Positions 1 through 12,058 of a stretch of 64,000 bases of DNA are shown here, piece after piece. The position numbers and the translations under genes were made by a program. The notes under the pieces were generated by a model. It worked only from the letters and a program-made list of their open reading frames with translations, was not told the DNA's origin and ran no database searches. The stretch comes from Hydrolagus affinis (lineage: Eukaryota): the NCBI GenBank assembly GCA_012026655.1, contig JAAILG010000163.1, positions 62,001 through 126,000 of the forward strand. Direction: 5' to 3'. Positions within the stretch are counted from its first letter, which is position 1; each line of letters opens with the position of its first letter.

Positions 1-396
1 TCCATTACTAACTTGCTTGTTGTTATGGTTCCAGGAGAAGACAACACATCAATCACTGGCTGAAAGATCCCAAATGCTCATCAGATTTACAGCATAATAA
101 AATTACATTAAGGCGAAACTACCTGTAACTTATTCAGTAAGTTGCTTGGCCTCCCCCCCAAAAAAATGCGCGTTGAATACAATATTGCTGTGTCTTTATT
201 TTGACTCTCATCAGCTGGAGATTGGAGGGCTGAATACATCTTTAAATCAAGTGAGAGTGGCATTTCGAGAGGGGTGGGGGTGGGGTGGTTGGGTAGCATG
301 AACCGTGCATTTAATTCAGTCTTGTTACTGCATTTGCCTGAATTCCTTAGCAGGAATTCTGATCAGGGTTCTGACCACAAAACACACCATCAATTC

Positions 397-490
397 CCTT
401 TACAGTGCATAGCACGAAGCGCTTTGAGACGTCTCAAAGTCACGATAAAATGCAATTTATTAAATCCAAGAGATATTATTATTATTATAA
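397..490 (+). mobile_element. SINE 3' fragment (L2-like tail)
   Basis: gaagcgctttgagacgtc...aaatgcaa followed by an (att)n tail; matches the 3' end of the full-length SINE at 26616-26923. Confidence 0.75.
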
Positions 491-679
491 TCTGTACAAA
501 GCCCTACTCTCAGCATCACAATTCCTGTTTTTTGTAGATGAGACGTTTATGATTATCATTGTGTAGCGATGGGGGCATCGCAGATTAAAAAAAGAAAAGG
601 AAAGTATTTTCAGTATTGATTGCTTTTCTGATCTTAGGCACCTTAAGGACTGAAAAGGATCCGGGGAATATAATAAGAC

Positions 680-958
680 CAGGGACACAAGCAGCACAGG
701 GGGGCATGACCTTTATTTGCAATCATAGCCGAGATTTACAGTTTATTACTGATAGCTTTCATAAAGAGCCATTCAGTTCCGAGGTGAGTGGTTTGTCATC
801 TGGAAATGCAATTAACTTCATCCTTATCCCAATCCCTGGTCTAGATGTGAACAGCGCTCCAATAACATCACATTTTCCCTAATTTCATTTTATTCTCCCG
901 GATCTATCCTTTGAGCATTAGTGGAGTTGCATAATTATTATCCATCCAAAATTGCCTA
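680..958. promoter_or_regulatory. candidate conserved non-coding element
   Basis: Repeat-free, non-coding, complex sequence bounded by homopolymer runs, with several TAAT/ATTA cores; conservation not testable here. Confidence 0.3.
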
Positions 959-1493
959 AAAAAAAGGCACTTGTGAATATTTTTTAAATTGATTACATGA
1001 TTGTCCGGGGTCATTGTGGCAGACACTTTCCTTTTCAATCATAAAAAGGGGGTGGGGGAAAAAAAGATAAGAAATAAACCTTCTGCAAGTTAATTTTTTT
1101 TAAAAATTCCATGCAGGTAAAAGAAATTAAGAGTTTGTGCGAAAGACAAAAAGAATGCCTGAGTGTTGGTGCAAGTGACACACTTCAAGGGAAGGGGTCA
1201 ACGCTGTAATCTGCCAGCTCACTCCCTGAAGCAATGTTCAGCATTATGTATGTTTTCTGTCTGCTAAGCGGGTCTGTAAGAATTTAAAAGCCAGATTCAA
1301 ATAGCCAATATGTTAGTATCTGAGCGAACATTCATCTGTTAATCTAAAGTCAGAAGTGTTTCTTTTTTTTACCAGGGGGGAAGAATTGTTTTATTTTTGT
1401 GCAAATGTTTCCATATTGTTTGGGGAAATAACTATCATTAATATTCACATTATCGAAAATAGCAAGTCTGTGACGTGTTGCAAATGATACTAA

Positions 1494-1599
1494 ATAAATA
1501 ATAATCCATTGAGAAGCCTCAAATCGCTTCGCAGAATATACTGTAAAGTGAATTGACTATATTTTGTGGGAAAAATGCAGCAGTCCTTTACGCACAGTA
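1494..1599 (-). mobile_element. SINE 3' fragment
   Basis: cagaatatactgtaaagtgaattgactatatt matches the same stretch in the minus-strand SINE 39850-40171. Confidence 0.8.
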
Positions 1600-3224
1600 T
1601 ACACGAAAGGTAAAATACTACCATTTCCGTTCAATTCGTCAATCGAAATGCACTTTCGATTTTATAATTAAGAATCATTTACGATCCTTTATATTTGCCT
1701 TTTATATTAAAAAAAACCCTTTGCTTTTTAATTTTAACAGCTTTACTTAAATTCTAATACCTTTTCCAATTAAACCTTAAATTTGTCAGTTAAAGCAATC
1801 AGTAAGAAGCACTGAAACTCAAGACCATAAAAAGTGATTATAATTTGCTAATGTCTTAACTGAAATTGGATTTGATAGTTTTTTTTGATAAGTTAATGAA
1901 GAATTGGCTGATTGTTGGAGTATTTTCATGTGTATTTTTTGGTAACAAGTATGTTGAAATTTAGCATAGCACATATAATGCAGAACTGAGACGTCAGTGC
2001 AGGGTGCACAGGAATTTATCTTACATTAACAATTCGTAATCCCTCCATTAAAATGTTCTAGTCTATCATTTTGGCTATCAGTAAAATAAACTAGATAGGT
2101 TATACTCTTTGAGTATTATTCCCCTTTGGTCTGTTTGACAGTGCTTTGCCAATGAAATATTGCAAGTGTTGTGTATATTACTGGTTTTAATGGTGATAAT
2201 ACCAATAGTAATCCATGTACAGAGCCTTTCACGTCAGGAGGACATCTCAGAGTCCTTCGCAGATTGGGCGATTGCAGCAGCTAACCTGCACACAGCACAA
2301 TTTTATCGACAAGAGAAGTAAAAGTAACAATACAGTGACCCTGAACATGTTAATATTTAGTGATTGCTTTATTACAAATAGCAAGGCCATAGTTTCTAAA
2401 TAGTGCAAGTTTTGTGAGCCTGGCAGTGCTGGTGCTTGAATGCCAGACTACTTTTTTCATTGATTTGCTTTCCAGACACCCAGTCATGTCCCAACTTCAG
2501 TGCCATTCAGTGGGTGAACTCTGGGGGTTATCAGTGGATGAATCGTATTTTGGGAGAGGGCATTTTTGTAGCTCTGTTCACTGCCCCTTGGTTGATGGAG
2601 AACGCAGATCCCTGCTTTTCCACATCGAAAAGGCAACAGGGAAGGTGCCAGGCGAGTTTGTGATAATATAACGTAGCAAATTGCCAGTAGAGAGGAATGG
2701 TGCATTTTGTGAAAAACGTTTCCCACCTGAATACTCAAAAGCGGCTTTCAGAGCAAAGCCCCGACATGACTGGGATGGAGATTATAAACGCATTGATCTC
2801 AAACATGTGTGTTTTTTTTTTTATGAGCTGACCTGTTAAAAATGCTATTATATGAGGTAATTAGAAACTGCTCTATTTTTTTCACACCTCCAACGACATT
2901 AAAAGATACACATGTGGGATGCCTGCAGGGGTTCCATTGAGGTGAATTTCTTGCGAGGCACACAACAAATAGCCCAAATACTGTGATGTTTTATTGCTCA
3001 GGCACCTCGTTTGGGAAATATTTCAGACTTTTTTTTGGACGGAGAGAACGTTCCAGATCACCTGCTCGACAGAATTGCTGAATGAGATTGAAAATCAATG
3101 ACTGAAAAGTTTCAAAGGCCGAAGTGCCTCAACCTCACTGTTAGTTCAAGCAGCTCTGGCGTGTTAAACACAAGCTGTGAAATATTACCCATTCAGCACT
3201 TTTCTTCGTGAATAAAGAGAGCAG

Positions 3225-3660
3225 ATTGGGCAAGACACGAAATGTCTATTTCAGCCCATCTAGCCCGTTCCCAAATTAGAAAAATACCATAAAATCCTGC
3301 GTTTATCTTTATTCTCCAGGATCTTCAATGCTTCACTAAGATCTCCTCTTCCCCTTTTCTCCAGCAGAAACATTGCCATTTTCCACTGCCTTTCCTCACA
3401 GCTCAGGTCAGTAATTCCAAATACCAATGGAGTTGACCTTTGCAGCACACCCTGTAATGTCACAGTGTCCACGGCATTATTTGTGACCAAAAATATACCC
3501 GGTACACTTAAGTGGGGCCAAACCAGTCCTTTGAATAAACTTGTTATCGCTTGCTCACAGTTTTGCTGTGTCCCACTGATTGCTCAAGTGAACATCGTGT
3601 TTGCTTTCCTCACTGAACACTCTATTGCTAGTTCTAGTGGGAATTCTAATTTTGGAAAAT
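3225..3660 (-). mobile_element. CR1 LINE 3' fragment (decayed ORF2 C-terminus)
   Basis: ORF 3260-3490 reads LQRSTPLVFGITDLSCEERQWKMAMFLLEKRGRGDLSEALKIL, resembling CR1 VQRRATKLIPGL..LSYEERL..LGLFSLEKRRLRGDLIEVFKIL; upstream KANTM..LFKGLVWPHL resembles KANRML..LYKALVRPHL. Confidence 0.85.
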
Positions 3661-4124
3661 TAACGATTGTTATGTAGCTGATAAATGTGAATTTTTGGAT
3701 GGGGTTGGGAAGTTTTTTCTATATAGTAAAGAAAAACAGATTAATCAAATAAAGCTGCTGAAAGTACAACAGGATTGTAAGTGAAATAGCATCAGGGAGA
3801 CTTGTGTTCAGAGATTTCCCATCTCACTGCATTTTTTCAAATTTCTAGACGTTGCAGATCATTTGTTCAAGTCTACAGCCTCTTATATATCTCAGGATTA
3901 TTGTTTTTAACAGTCTTTTTAGTGAGTACAGATACAATCAACCCATTCGTCTGATTTGTGTAAGTGTGGATTCTTAATTGAGTAATGTTTTGGATTCCTT
4001 ATTTTATGTTTTAATCTGGTTACTCCGGTAGACTTTTCCTTCTGTAAATGTGGTTTGAATCATGAAATGAAATGAGAATTACATTCGATGTAGCAACTTA
4101 TCACCAATTTTTTTTGATTTGGTG

Positions 4125-4250
4125 GAGGTTGTTGATCAGGACACAGGGAGAAACTCCCTTCTCATTTTGAATAGTACCATAGGATCTTTATCATCTGGTT
4201 TGAGTAGGCAGAAGGGATCTCGGTTTAACACCTCAATCAAAGAAAAGCCA
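4125..4250 (-). mobile_element. Deu-domain SINE fragment
   Basis: gggagaaactccc..ttttgaatagtaccataggatcttt..aggcaga..cggtttaacacctca is homologous to the core of 11626-12058. Confidence 0.75.
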
Positions 4251-4576
4251 TAGGTGAACAGGGATTAAAAAAACAGATAACGATGTTCAAAAATTAAAGC
4301 CAGATGCAATAGGGCACAGTTTAGAAGCATTATTGACCATTCATAAACTTGTTTGTTATCGGAAAATATTTCTTATGTATCGCAAGTGGAAGCTAAGGTA
4401 TATCTTAACTGCTTACCAGAATTATTGTGGGCTAGTATTACACACTATAACTATATTGTGCTTTAGGCAAGAAGCCAAAGATGCACATCAGCAGTTAGGA
4501 CAAATAAAACATATTCTATATCCTCGGACCACTGCCTCTTTCACCCCTGGCTGTTGTGATCTTATAAATCGCTACT

Positions 4577-4749
4577 GGGGAGAAATTCCGTCTAGGTCTG
4601 GATTTACTTCATCTTGGAGAGCAGTTCGGAGTGCGCGGGATTTGCCAACTTGTTAACTTTGAAGTCGTTTTCGGGTATTTTCTTAAAAGAACTTGCAGAA
4701 AACCAACTTCAAAATTAAAGCTGTAATCTGGACCTGGGCGGTATCTCTC
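4577..4749. mobile_element. palindromic MITE-like element, family P copy A
   Basis: Left end gagaaattccgtctaggtctggatttac and right end gtaatctggacctgggcggtatctctc are imperfect inverted repeats; inner tttgaagtcgttttc/gaaaaccaacttcaaa is also inverted. Confidence 0.7.
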
Positions 4750-4991
4750 TCTCTCTCTTTCTCTGCACGAGTTAAAAATGCAATACAATTAAATTCTAAA
4801 TATTAGGCGCATCTGAAATACGTTATGATTTGGTGATTCGCAGCTTGATCTAAGTAACTTTGTTTCAATATTTTAACGCCGGGAATGGTGAACATTTTGC
4901 AATTCTGAAGTCATTGGAGGACTTAAGAAACTGACTTACCCACTTGTAAGTCGATAGACAAATGTATCATTGTCCTGCACCAAAGAAACTG

Positions 4992-5100
4992 AATAATAAT
5001 AATCCTTGCATTTAATGTGGTGCCTTAACACTTCCTTGAGATGTTTCAAAGCATTTCACAGAATATACTGTGAAGGTGATTCACTGTGTATTTTGTGGAT
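4992..5100 (-). mobile_element. SINE 3' fragment
   Basis: aataataataatccttgcattt...cacagaatatactgtgaagg. Confidence 0.8.
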
Positions 5101-5296
5101 GATGCTGAAGACCTTAAACACCAAAGAAGAATCAATAGTTGGGCCAATCTTCCCTGAGAGATTGCCAATGAATTGAGCAGCGAGGTTGACATTATGCAGT
5201 CTGTTTTCTTCCATTCTCCCAGGTCTCTGCCCTCGAAAGGGGCTTTCTCCCCCAATTGACCATCATTTCGATTTAAGATTCTTGTAATGGTAATCT

Positions 5297-5375
5297 GTTG
5301 ACGTCTTTCTCTTGCAGATACCGAGTCACCTGCTGTGGATTTTCAGTATTTTCAGTATTTATTTTAAATTTCCAT
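5297..5375 (+). mobile_element. degraded Penelope-type terminal fragment (homolog of 9657-9754, hammerhead core lost)
   Basis: gttgacgtctttctc..cacctgctgtggattttcagtattttc aligns by eye with the reverse complement of 9661-9725. Confidence 0.5.
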
Positions 5376-5447
5376 AGGTTTTTTTTTTCTTTTAGTTTTG
5401 CGAGGTCGCGATGACTTTACATTTCCACAGAAACTTTATATTTCCAC

Positions 5448-5648
5448 GGAAATTCCACCCGGTTCTGAGAATTACTGTATTAACCCAGGCTTAATTTTGA
5501 AGACAGTTTTCTGTAAATCTCTGTCAAGAATTACAAGGGGGAAAAAATAACTTCAAAGTTAAGACTGAATTCAACAATCTGCCAAATTCTGAGTACTCTG
5601 ATATGATACGTAAGTAGAGTAAATCTAGACCTGGCTGAAATTTCTCCT
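5448..5648. mobile_element. palindromic MITE-like element, family P copy B
   Basis: Right end agagtaaatctagacctggctgaaatttctcc and left end ggaaattccacccggttctg; body homologous to copies A, C, D, E. Confidence 0.7.
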
Positions 5649-5666
5649 CATTTGTATTTAAATCGA

Positions 5667-5733
5667 AACATAGGATTTAGGAACAAGAAAAAATTATTTT
5701 GGCCCATTGTGTGTTTGCTTGAGTTTTACCTTT

Positions 5734-5771
<38 letters not shown>

Positions 5772-5850
5772 ATCCTCCAACCACGTATCGGGATCCATAC
5801 TTACTGATTTCATAATGCGCCGATTGCCCTTACAACTATTTGGGGGTATT
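5667..5850 (-). mobile_element. probable CR1 3' end remnant interrupted by (CT)n at about 5736-5766
   Basis: aacataggatttaggaacaag...ttggcccatt resembles the reverse-complemented CR1 terminus; contains a CT microsatellite. Confidence 0.45.
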
Positions 5851-6404
5851 TTCAGTTTAAAGAAAGTTAAACTTAGCAGGAGCTTAAAAATGCCGTAATA
5901 TAATATTAAAAGTTGCAATGATATGACTATTATTAACAATAATTCAGTGTATAACATAATAACTGCATGGGCTATTTAGAAACAGTTAATTGGATCCTCT
6001 GCTATTTTGTACAAGTTTAAACGAATGTACTTTTCTTTCAAAATCACAAAATGCTAATTATAAAAATGCTGAGGCACAAAATGTACACCAAGATCTTTTT
6101 TAATAGCTACAATACATCATTACCTTATAGTAGATAATAATTTCATTTGCTTCCAAAAATTGGAACCCTGCTTCAAAATGCATGTGATATGGCTTTTGGA
6201 ATCACTTGCTCAAAAATAGAGAAGCAAATCTGTTTATTTGCAATTTGGCTGAACTATTGATTTTTGTTTTCCGACTGTGTTCAATTCTTTGAAATGTATT
6301 CAGTTTGTAGGGAACTCTTGGCTTCCTTAGCATGAGATTGCGTCGGCTACATCTTGAGACAGAGTGAAAGAGCTTCTGAGTTTTGTGCTGTGAATATTAC
6401 ACAA

Positions 6405-6580
6405 TACAATTTATATTTATACGGTGCCTTTCATGTCGGGAGAACGTTTCAGTGCTTCAAAGTGGTGGATCAGCACCTGAGCTCAGGGGGGGGATCTGAG
6501 GGGAAAGGTTTGGGTAAAGGAAGGGAAAGATGACCGAAATGATGTTGATGAAAGCGTGTGTTTTTGGTGTGAATCGCTTT
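6405..6580 (-). mobile_element. L2 3' end remnant
   Basis: atttatatttatacggtgcctttcatgtcgggagaacgtttc resembles the tail of the L2 at 50257. Confidence 0.55.
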
Positions 6581-6849
6581 GGAGGTGGTGGGGATGGGGG
6601 GTGGGTTGGGGGAAGAGCACTAATCCATTAAATTTCCTCTAAATCCAACCCCTAACAGTCTGCAAGTTCAGTTTCCATGCCTTAATTTTTTGTAACGTTA
6701 TTATATAACGTTCAAAAAATTAATGTATTGTTGATACCTTTTAGGGAGGAGCGGGGTATTTCTTCAGGATTTTGGTTTTTACACATTTTTGTTTCTCTCT
6801 TCCCCCCTCCCCACACACCCCACCCCAGCTTAATCCCTCTGCAGGCAGC

Positions 6850-7130
6850 TCCCAAGGCACCTCAACCTCCTATTTGGAGGATGAAATGGTCTGGGCCACG
6901 GACACCTCTCTGAGCACTGTATCACTGCACATGAGGCACAGTCGAAACAGGGCAAGATGGATTATTTTGTTCCCATGAGATATGAGCCGGCTAACCTGGC
7001 AAAGACCTGATGGCACTCACCTGACCTGAGGTAGGTGGATTCGAGTGATAGACCAAGTCTAGGACTTGGACTCGAACCAGCAAACTTTTTGATTGACAGG
7101 CAAGCAATCTGCTGCTTGCCATAGCCACCC
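6850..7130 (-). mobile_element. divergent tRNA-headed SINE-like element
   Basis: Perfect B box GGTTCGAGTCC on the minus strand (7068-7078) with a degenerate A-box region near 7110-7128; extent of the body is uncertain. Confidence 0.45.
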
Positions 7131-7364
7131 TGACCCCACTTTATTCCTAGTTCATTTTCATGTACCAGGTCTTTGTATGTAGTTCATACTTTATGATGTA
7201 TGTAATATCTGGCAGTAGTCATACTGTTCATATATTAGTTACCTTTTCATTTCTCAATGATCTCAAGCGACTTATGCTGTGAGTCCTTAGTCCATTGGCT
7301 AGCCTTGTCCCTTTGAGTGTAGTTATAACCTTTTTGCTTCCAAAATACAGAGTCAATCAACTTG

Positions 7365-7440
7365 ACAGAATATTCTATGAAGCGCTTTGAGACTTCTCAA
7401 TGATCACGATAAAATGCAAGGATTATTATTATTATCATTA
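7365..7440 (+). mobile_element. SINE 3' fragment
   Basis: tattctatgaagcgctttgagac..aaatgcaaggattattattat. Confidence 0.8.
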
Positions 7441-8559
7441 CATCACCTAAAATTTTTACAAATTTATAAAGAATGGATGTTCATTTCTTAGTCGTTAGCT
7501 ATCTTGTTGGTTTCTGAGGCCTGGTAGTGTGAATGTCTACCATCCTTCTCATGTTGTCCTTTTCCAGTTGTACGATCATAGAACACAGACACATTCTTTT
7601 CCCACTGGACCACCAGGGAACAGAGATGTAATCTGGATGTAAAGTGAATAAGAAAGAGCTTGCGGTCCTCCGTAGAGATTTTTCTCCCATGTGTGTTTTT
7701 GGTTCTTTGGTTAAATAGTAAAATCAGGAACAAGGTAAAACACAATTTTACTGTATATAGTCTACATCGATCTTTTTGTTTGCAATAGATCTGACCTTTA
7801 ACTAACTTCCATTGTTGATAAAGAAAAAATCAATGTTCCTTTTGGGTTAAAGATGCCAAGTGGAAATAACCTACGTGGATACAGAAGAGTATTATCTCTG
7901 TATGTTTTTATGAATGGTGGGCAACTTAACTACTGTGTTCCTTATTTGTAGCGTTAAGTAGAGAGGAACAAGCTTGTGTGTGTGTAAAAAAAACATTGGG
8001 GCAAGTTTAACTACTTATGATGCTTCAGTGAAGACAAGCAAACCAATTCACAATGAGCAAGATAATCATTCCTCTGTGTTCTGGCATCATTTCAGAAATA
8101 TTTCAACGTCTTCAATAAGTGAAGTCATTCAATGTATTCAGACTGAGTGTAGCCAGAGCTTTTGTTTGTGTTTGAGCCACTCTCTAGCGAATTGCACTGT
8201 AATTCTTGATGATCCGCCTATGGTAGTTTCCTGTACGACTGTGGGGAGAAATAGATGTTTTACTTGGGCCCCGCTCCCTTCGAGAATTTATTCATTTTTC
8301 ACTCCCTACTAATGTACAAGAAAATAATTGATTTGACCTCAACGACCATAATCGATTCACTTCTTGGCAACTTTCTCTTGCCCTGCTTCTAAGCAGGAAA
8401 AATCAGGGTGTCCCCTCTCAGAAGCTGGATATCTTTTACTAATCACATCAAATCTGAGTAATCTGGTAGCGTTTGATTTGATTTTTTTTATACCATTGTC
8501 CGTACGGTAACTCCAGAAGAATTTACACGATGAACTTGAGGAATCAAGCGCAGTAATCT

Positions 8560-8635
8560 TCCAGCACATGAACAGCATGCGTTCTGGGACTGTCCCCTGT
8601 GTGAGGGGCGCTAGATAAATGCTAGTCGTTGTTGC
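8560..8635 (+). mobile_element. L2 3' tail
   Basis: gcgttctgggac..gtgaggggcgctagataaatgctagtcgttgttg. Confidence 0.55.
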
Positions 8636-8754
8636 AAACCCGGATCGCATTATGAACTGTAAGGGGACAAACTAAGGCATCGACTGCCTATTTTAATAAA
8701 TAAATTCCAAGAAATAAAACTGTTTCTTCTTCACTCAGATAGTCAGGTTCTACT

Positions 8755-9006
8755 CTTCCAGGCAGGGCAAAACTTTGGGCAAGTTTCCTTACTCCACACG
8801 GCTGATAATAATCCCTAATTTTTTTGAAAAAAAAATTGGTCATTTCAATCCACAACTGTTTTTGCGGGACTCTGCTGTGTCAAATTGGCCTCCACATTTC
8901 ACCCACATATATACAGTCAATTCACTTTATAATATATTCTATGAAGAGCTTTGAGACGTCGAGAATGATGTGAAAAGTGCTATACCAAATGCAAGGATTT
9001 TTATTA
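8755..9006 (+). mobile_element. 5'-truncated tRNA-SINE (young family)
   Basis: ttgggcaagtttccttactccacacg..cagtcaattcacttta..aaatgcaaggat is colinear with 26616-26923. Confidence 0.9.
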
Positions 9007-9656
9007 CAGTGTGTTGCACCTGGAAGTTGGTTAAGCCCATAAGTAAGGACAACATCATCATAGTGACACCTAGATAGACATAATATCCACTTCTTGAGAA
9101 AGCCCATCACATCACCTTACTTTCGATCAAACAAGATGAATAAATTATGAGATATTTATGCCAACAATGCAGAAAAGTCAGGGGCTGGGGTGACTTCTGC
9201 ACTCCAGGGCGATGGGTTGGAGCTGGAATGGAAGCTAATGCAGGGGAAGCACTCGCACCAGTCTCTGGCGTGCACCCCAGTGTTAGAACGTGTATACAAT
9301 ACCTTGTCTGTAATCTCAGGGCAGCTGCAGGAATTAATACAAATACCTACTGCTTGGCCCAAGGCTGCCGACCAGATGGTATTGGGCTGAGCATTGCCAG
9401 CAACCTTGGTGCGGTGAATAGACCATCTCAAAACCCTCCACGTTGTTGGGTGGGAAAATCAAACACACTAAAGCACAGGTTCAGCTTCAGAGATGCTGTG
9501 CAAAAGTGAATTGAGTTATTTTGTATTTGACCAAAGGTTCCATTTGAAAGGACTGCATGTTTTTATTAAAATGAATGCTAGACCAACCCTAAACTCTAAA
9601 TAAAGACATTTGTGTATGTGACATACATACCATTGATAACCGCACATGAATATATC

Positions 9657-9754
9657 ACAAAAACAGAAGTTGCTGGGGAAACTCAGCAGGTCAGGCAGCA
9701 TGGAGAAAGGAAAAAGAGTCAACGTTTCGGGTCCACAACCCTTCGTCAGAACTC
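9657..9754 (-). mobile_element. Penelope-like element terminal fragment carrying a hammerhead motif
   Basis: Minus strand reads gagttctgacgaagggttgtggacccgaaacgttgactc...tgctgcctgacctgctgagtttccccagc; minimal hammerheads are an established feature of Penelope terminal repeats. Confidence 0.7.
9716..9754 (-). ncRNA. minimal type-I hammerhead ribozyme
   Basis: Stem I GAGUU/GACUC, core CUGACGA, extra A, stem II GGGU-ugugg-ACCC, GAAA, palindromic AACGUU stem III, cleavage triplet GUU. Confidence 0.8.
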
Positions 9755-10749
9755 AACATATATCATGTCAGTGAGATGACAGGTGTACAGTCTATGGGGA
9801 GATTCTGTATACTGAAGGCTTGAATCGCAGTTAAGTTGGGGGCTGGATACTTGTCTATGCTGTAACCAACTCTGAATGGTTACATTCCTCTAAGTTATCA
9901 AACTAGAGAATTAAAGGCCGGGACTGGAGGGATCTCCTAGGTGAAGCTACCAATCCCTCCCTGAAGCGGAAAAAGTATCATTTATAAACAGGGCATTTTG
10001 AGCAGCTGGCATGAACCCAGTAATATTCAGCGCTTAAGTGAATTATGTGAGGAGCTTTACACATTCAAGGTACAGAATTCATGATGAACCCATGCAAGAA
10101 CTCTATTGTCTTGCCAAAGCTGTAAATGCTGATAAATCCTTAGCGATACTGATTGAATTATTGAATTAGATTAAGTAATAACTGCTCTAATGAAGTTTTA
10201 AAAAAAACACACAATTTTATTTTATTTTACAAAAACTAATCACAAAATTGCCTTCTGTTTAATATTGATGAGTAATAATTTATGCCAATATGTTTTGCAT
10301 TTTGTAAGGAGAACAATGATATTTATCATCAAACCATAAAGTCCGTGCATTATACATCCCCGTTTCATTAGTTCGTTTCTAATTTGCAGATGAACAAATG
10401 GGGTCTATGCCCAACATATTCACAGCATAACTTGGTTGGCACATTGGTAAGTATTGTAACCGTAGGATGTATTTCGGGAAGAGAAAGATAGAGAGGAGCA
10501 ACGAATTATGTTTTTCAGATACATTATTTGAAGTCAGCCACCAATTTTAATTGGGGGATTATTGGTCAGGGAGAACTGCTCTTTCTATTTGACCAACATA
10601 ATAAATGTTCTTGACTGAATACATTTTGATTTATGCATTAAATCAATAAATATTCGCTCAAGAAAAAAATTGAAACCACATCTCCGGTCGAACAGAGACT
10701 TATGCAGACTCATGCGAATGTTTGAGGGTGGGGAGAGGGAGGGGGGTGA

Positions 10750-10920
10750 GGGATACTTCTTGATGGTCCTGCGAGCCACAGGTTAGTCCACACTGGTTTA
10801 AAGTCTCACCGAAAGCATAGCACCTCCAATGATGAAGCACCTCCCCAGCACTGTACTGGAGTATAAACTTACACTGAGTTTAAACCTCCGATGCAGAAGT
10901 GACAGTGCTACAACAACTTG
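10750..10920 (-). mobile_element. Deu-SINE 5' half, degraded
   Basis: ggtttaaagtctcaccgaaagcatagcacctccaa..cagcactgtactgga is homologous to about 11900-11970. Confidence 0.65.
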
Positions 10921-11625
10921 CATTTACATCGCGCCCTCCATGCCGGGCAGCAACTCAGAACAATGGCGGAGGCCGAGCCAGGGGTAGGGTGAGTGCTACT
11001 ACTTTGAGTTACGGTGACATCTGAGCTGAATAGGTTCAATTTCCATCCGTACTTACTAATCATGACTATGGCAAACTCCAAACAGACAGCCAACTAATGA
11101 AGATACAGTACTTGAAAAATCGCCATCACCATTTCTGCTGCAGAGACTTCTATTAATCCAATTATCTCTCAGTTCTGAGTGAGGAAAGATCGAGATAAGT
11201 GAGTAATTTTACCTCTCTCTCTCTTCCCATCTCTCATGACCCAGCCATAGTCTTATAAATACCTTTCCCTGACCTTGAATGAATTTCAAAAATAATGGAT
11301 TACTCATAATAACCATTTTAATTACTTGTGATAACAACTATAATAGAGAGCAAGTTTTGTGACTCGGAAGGTTCACCTGGTTCTGATCAAGAATTCACAG
11401 TTTTCTCTGTTCAAAACTAATCTTAAACTTGATCCTTGGTGAAATGGGAGACAAACTTGGGAGTAGTTGTAATCTTTATATGAAAAAAGTCTGACATGTG
11501 AGATGGCTTAAAAGACCAACGGAATATTAATGCACTTTACTAAAGATTCGTTGACATTATTTAACGCACTATAGAGACGAGGGTTTGGGGTCTGCAAGCA
11601 GTTTGGGATATAATAAAACAGTGGA

Positions 11626-12058
11626 TAATAATAATAATAATCCTTGCATTTGACATTCTACCTGATCACGTCATTGATGTCTCAAAGTGCTTCATGGGAT
11701 TTACGATAAGTATTGTGACTGCTTAGGTAAACTATGCAGCTACTTAGCGCACAGCAATGTCCCACCAACAGCCATAAAATTAATGACAAATTTTATCTGG
11801 GGGATTGTTGGCCAGGGTAGAGGGAGAAACTCTCTTCATTTTTTGAATGGTGCCGTGAGATCTTTGCTTTGATATCCACCTAAACAGGCAGACAGGACCT
11901 TGATTTAATGTCTCATCTGAAAGATGGCACCTCCAACAATGTTGTGCTCACCTGCCAGCACTGCACTGATATGTGTTCACCTGAACTAGGAGCTCATAAG
12001 TCCTGACATGGGGCTTGAACCCACAAAATTCTGGCTACCGACAGAACCAGGCTGACAC
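11626..12058 (-). mobile_element. near full-length Deu-domain SINE (SacSINE1/AmnSINE1-like)
   Basis: Minus strand has a tRNA head with gtgggttcaagcccca, a Deu core ggaggtgccatctttcagatgagacattaaatcaaggtcctgtctgcctgtttaggtgg, an L2-like tail and (att)n. Confidence 0.85.
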
